Assembly: GCA_964234715.1 (NCBI GenBank)
Contig: OZ174280.1
Strand: one strand, 5' to 3'
DNA length: 64,000 nucleotides
Origin: Podarcis melisellensis
Lineage: Eukaryota
Part shown: positions 59,895 through 64,000 of the stretch, in pieces
How the letters are laid out: the number at the start of each line of letters is the position of its first letter
How positions within the stretch are numbered: position 1 is the stretch's first letter
Program-made: the position numbers and the translations under genes
Notes under the pieces: model-generated
What the model saw: the letters and a program-made list of their open reading frames with translations, nothing else
Databases searched by the model: none
What the model was told of the DNA's origin: nothing

Positions 59895-61112
59895 GTAAGC
59901 AGGGCCAGGAGCCTGCATCAGTGACCCCATTCTGGGCTGTAGGTAATGCCCAGGTCCATGTTGAGCCAGGTGCAGGCACTGCCTCTTCTCTCATTAGCTT
60001 TCCTCCCAGGGACATATTTCTCAGGGCTAATTTGTGTGTCATGTGTTCTCTGTGCATCTGTGTGTCTGGTGGTGCGTGCCTGTCTGTAAGCATGCCTCTC
60101 TCTCTCTCTCTGCACAAAGTTAGAAGCTGCCACAAATTCCCACCTGGAAAATTGCAGTCAGGACAACCATCATTTCAGGGGTTGGAATAGATGACCTGCT
60201 GGGTATCTTCCAGCTGTACAGTTCAACAATCATTTGATTATACGCTCTCACCCTCCAACCCTATGTGGTTGGAGCAGTGTGGCTGAAGCAGGCCTGCTGA
60301 TTGGTTGTAGATTACATTTGCCTAATACATTTGTCACTCTCTTTTTGTTGTCAGGAGGAAAGGAGGGTGTAACTGATGGTCCCTTTTAAAATAAGATCCC
60401 CAGCAATCTCAGAGCAGCACTATTTTTTATTGCTCCCCACTTTTTTGGATGCCCACATTTGGTTTTGCCTGCCATGCAGATGGATATGGGTCGAGTGTGT
60501 GCTACCTCAGATAAGATGCATGTTGGAACAAATCGAATCGCTATCAGATTTGTGCAACTCTCCCAAGTGCAAACTCTGACCTTACTCATTCTGTTCACCT
60601 TTATCGCAGGGAGCACAGCGCCATCTAGGGGCTGCAGTTCTCCAGTGGTTCATGACTAACTTACTTCTTTCTGGGGTGTTTTTTTTGCTCCCAATATGGG
60701 GGCCATTTAGGCTGCTTCCAGACAACCTATTTATAATGCGCATTTGGACCGATTTGTCTGCAGAGAGATTAGGTGCCACCAACTATTTAATGAATATTTG
60801 TAGACAATGTTGCGCCAAGTCAATGTTATCCATTACTTTCCTGTTTGCAAAAAGTCTGATCTTTTGGAGAAGTTGATTTGCTTTGCAGGAGCTCATCCAA
60901 CTCAGCTTTAATTGCACAGCCTGAATTTGCTGGGATGCGATCGAATCCCACTCAGAAATAGTGCCAGTCTGAAAGTGCCCTTAGTTTGCACACAACAGCC
61001 AGCAAATTCTGACCAGGAAATGCAAGTGTGCCGGTGTCTGCCCTTCTAAGAGCTGGATCTCTGTGGTGCTGCAACCCAACACACACACACCCCGTGTTCT
61101 CTTTATTCCCAG

Positions 61113-61287
61113 GGTGTAAGGATGGGTGAGACATCAGCCAGTGCTGTGGCTCTGAATGTGAACCAGGCTGAGAAGGTGAACGTGGAACGTGGCTGCAGTA
61201 TCCCGGATCCCTGTGACTCCAACCCTTGCCCTGTCAACAGTTACTGCAATGACGATTGGGACAGCTACTCCTGCAGCTGTGACCCAG
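61113..61287 (+). CDS. CELSR2: CELSR2 exon 12 (end of laminin-G 2, EGF5); 175 nt
   Basis: ttcccAG acceptor; GVRMGETS...NVERGCSIPDPCDSNPCPVNSYCNDDWDSYSCSCDP; donor GTCAGT. Confidence 0.95.
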
Positions 61288-61753
61288 GTCAGTTGGGGGG
61301 TGGGCAGAGAAGGGGCAATGGAAGAGCTGTTGCTGCTGCTTTCCCCCCAGAAGTACTGGAGAGATTCCACTCTGGTACCCTCCAAAGTTTAGCACTGTGT
61401 GGTACAGGGTGAGCTAAGCCATTAGGGTTAACTAGGTACAAAGGGTGCCTGTACGAAACAAAATTAAAAAAAACTCCTTCCAGTAGCACCTTAGAGACCA
61501 TCTAAGTTTGTTATTGGTATGAGCTTTTGTGTGCATGCACACTTCTTCAGATACTGCAGAGATTGAGCCTAGTTTTCATTGTACCAGAGCTAGCTGTGAT
61601 TCCACCTGAACGTCTGAACAACAACAACCTGGCCATTGGCTATACATGCTGGAGATGATGGGAGTTGTACTTCAGGCATATCTGGAGGACCACATGTCTC
61701 CAGCCATCCATCTCATCTGCAGCTGTTACTCTTTGCTGCACCTTGAGGGGTGG

Positions 61754-62266
61754 TGTCAGGCATCAGGGAATCCGATCCCCCCCCACCCCCCCACCCCGCG
61801 GCAGGCTGCCAGGAATAGATAGACAAGGAAGCTCTTACCATTGTCTTTTGTTCAATATTCACACAGAGAGAGGCTTAGAAATGTTGCCTCTTGGAGAAAT
61901 GGCATTCCACTGAGTAATCTCCACCCCCTTGCTCTCCTCAATCGTCACCACACCACCCACCTTACGGTGGCCACTTAGGGCCATTTGCTTCCTAGCTCTT
62001 TGCTCTCCTACTTTCAATGCTTGCCAGGTTATGGGAGAAGGGGGGTCTGGAATGCTTTCTAGTGATGACGTGTCAGCCAGCTGCTCCGGCTCTGCTTCCT
62101 CCTCCTCCTCTTCTTCCATTATTTCCCAACTTTGTCCCTTATCTACCTCTGAGCCGTGACCTTCTGCAAACCACTGTTGAAAATCTATACTGTCTTTCTC
62201 TTCTCTGGAAGCTTCAGGAGGAGGGGAGGAGGTCTCCACCATCCCTCCTCAGTCCAGTCCCTGACA
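61754..62266. mobile_element. Solo LTR (513 bp, Gypsy/ERV-type)
   Basis: TGTCAGG...CCTGACA inverted termini; perfect 5-bp TSD GGTGG (61749-53, 62267-71). Confidence 0.85.
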
Positions 62267-62404
62267 GGTGGTTCCCTTCCTTCTGTGCCCAGCCGGAAAC
62301 TCTTGTTAGGGGTGTCCTCCATTTACCCTTACACTGGAGTTTCTGGCCAGAGTTACACTGGTGAGGATGACATAGGGCTCAAGGTTTTCCCCTTGCTGCT
62401 TCAG

Positions 62405-62546
62405 GCTACTACGGTGACAGTTGTGCCAATGTCTGCTCGCTCAACCCTTGTGAGCATCAAGCCGTGTGCGCCCGCAAGCCCAGCTCCTCTCATGGCTACA
62501 CCTGCGAGTGTCCAGACAACTACTTTGGGCCATACTGCGAGAACAA
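62405..62546 (+). CDS. CELSR2: CELSR2 exon 13 (EGF6); 142 nt
   Basis: cttcAG acceptor; YYGDSCANVCSLNPCEHQAVCARKPSSSHGYTCECPDNYFGPYCEN; donor GTGAGT. Confidence 0.95.
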
Positions 62547-63618
62547 GTGAGTTGCCTCCTGCTGCTCTGCGAAAGGGCATCTGGTGGGTGTGCATGGGTG
62601 GGTGTGCGACTGTTCTGATAGGTGTGTACAACTCCCAGCATGCATGTAGAAATGGATCCTTGAAGAGCTGCAGGTGTGTGGGGGAGGATATTGATATATG
62701 TCTCTGTACCTGAAAGTGCTGTGAATAAGCAGTTGTAGTGGGAGGGGGCATATTTCTAAATTAGTCTGTGCCAACGGGTTTCTCTTAAAAGAACTGTTTT
62801 TGTTGAATTTTTGAGACATCAACAAACACATTTAATTAAATTCAACTAGATGGTTGTTCCATCAACGGGGGAAAGTCATAAAGCATAACAAATCAATGAT
62901 TTCACTCTCGTTAATTCTCTCCAAAGATTGTGATTGCAGTGGTCTTTGAGTCTGGTTGTCCCTATGCATGTACAAGATAAAAGTTGCCAGGTTACAAAGA
63001 ATGATAATGGGTCCAGTTTCCCTCTGGCACCATGAAGTTGACACATCAATTTTTCCCACTAACCCAACAGTCCATACACACATATACCAGGAGTCAAGTG
63101 TCAGCCCCACACCTAATTTCCAACATTTTGCTATTTCCATTGGGGCTGCTACCGGTAGAGAGTGCACCCACTGTTATTGTGTATATTTGCTTCTATGTTC
63201 TCAGTCTGGGAAGGTAGTAGATGCAGTAAGGGCTTTGTGGGTATGAAAGCAGGAGACAGTCTTGCCATGCGTTTAGGTGGTGAGTGCAGAAGGTAGGCAA
63301 AGCTGACAGTGTGATTTGTGCGTCTATGCAAGACAGGGAGGTTGCCTTGCATAGTGTGATGCAACAACAAAAGACTCTATATAAGCAGATATGTTGAAAT
63401 CCTACATACTTTGAGTCATAAACTCTTCATCAACGGCTTGAAAAGCACAACTGTCGTCATCCACATGAGAGCAGAAGATTTAAAGAATGGTGCCTGAAAG
63501 AAGCAACACCACACATTGTAACCCCCTGAAGTCTGTCCCTCAAAGCACAATTAGTTTCCAAGACTTTTATCAAAGTAGGCTTTTCAGTATTGGACGCATA
63601 TTCTTTTTTGTTGTTGGC

Positions 63619-63620
<2 letters not shown>

Positions 63621-63675
<55 letters not shown>
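63621..63675. repeat. (CT)n microsatellite
   Basis: Visible run. Confidence 0.95.
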
Positions 63676-63679
<4 letters not shown>

Positions 63680-63769
63680 GTTCTCCCCCACATATATGGT
63701 GCTGCTGCCTGGACTTGTTCTTATTTTTTGTGTGTGATTGTAACAGGCCCTGTGCTCTCTCTGTGACAG

Positions 63770-63890
63770 GCTTGCTCAGCCCTGCCCACGGGGGTGGTGG
63801 GGGCACCCTATATGCGGACCCTGCAATTGTGATGTCGGCAAAGGATTTGACCCTGACTGCAACAAAACCAACGGAGAGTGTCGCTGCAAG
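63770..63890 (+). CDS. CELSR2: CELSR2 exon 14 (start of laminin-EGF); 121 nt
   Basis: gacAG acceptor; LAQPCPRGWWGHPICGPCNCDVGKGFDPDCNKTNGECRCK; donor GTGGGC. Confidence 0.94.
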
Positions 63891-64000
63891 GTGGGCCTTG
63901 CCTAATCTGATGGTCCCGGTTGGGGTTAGAGCTGCAATCAGGGGTTTAAGGAGGACTGAAGAGGGATCCTAGCTGTTTGCAGTTGTTCCACCCATGGGCA

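Noticed and set aside
62730-63060. Possible old transposon or conserved element in intron 13
   Set aside because: No termini, TSD or coding motif that I can support.
63741-63769. Alternative upstream acceptor (taacAG at 63745-46) for exon 14
   Set aside because: Adds 23 nt and shifts the frame; the 63770 start restores homology.
16673-63890. Assignment to CELSR1 or CELSR3
   Set aside because: Recalled diagnostic stretches (FATKERDGLLLYNGRFNE, GGVPDLPESFPVR, KKNVCDSNTCHNGGTCVNQW, PDPCDSNPCP) fit CELSR2 better; not confirmed by a search.

Overview
Eukaryotic vertebrate DNA, most likely from a squamate and probably a lacertid lizard (inferred from Sauria/Squam1-type and Squam3-type SINEs and reptile-type L1/L2/CR1/Penelope repeats). 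The whole window lies inside one + strand gene, CELSR2 (flamingo-type atypical cadherin / adhesion GPCR). Thirteen GT-AG coding exons (equivalent to exons 2-14, 16673..63890) join phase-consistently into 2426 nt (~808 codons) with no stop. They encode the end of the cadherin region, EGF repeats, two laminin-G domains and the start of the laminin-EGF domain. Exon 1 lies upstream of the window and the GAIN/7TM exons downstream. The long introns hold many mobile elements: a young 5'-truncated L1 with TSD, many hAT and Tc1/pogo-type MITEs, a 1.5-kb composite hAT element with apparent captured cargo, a non-autonomous Helitron, two solo LTRs, several SINE families, and CR1/L2/Penelope fragments. I see no new protein-coding system; almost all short ORFs in the track are noise. 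The best second-look items are the cargo-carrying hAT, a MITE hairpin with mirrored substitutions, tRNA-head-swapped SINEs (one inserted at a splice donor) and an IgH-type heptamer-octamer motif inside a hAT element. Repeat family names come from recognition, not from a database search.
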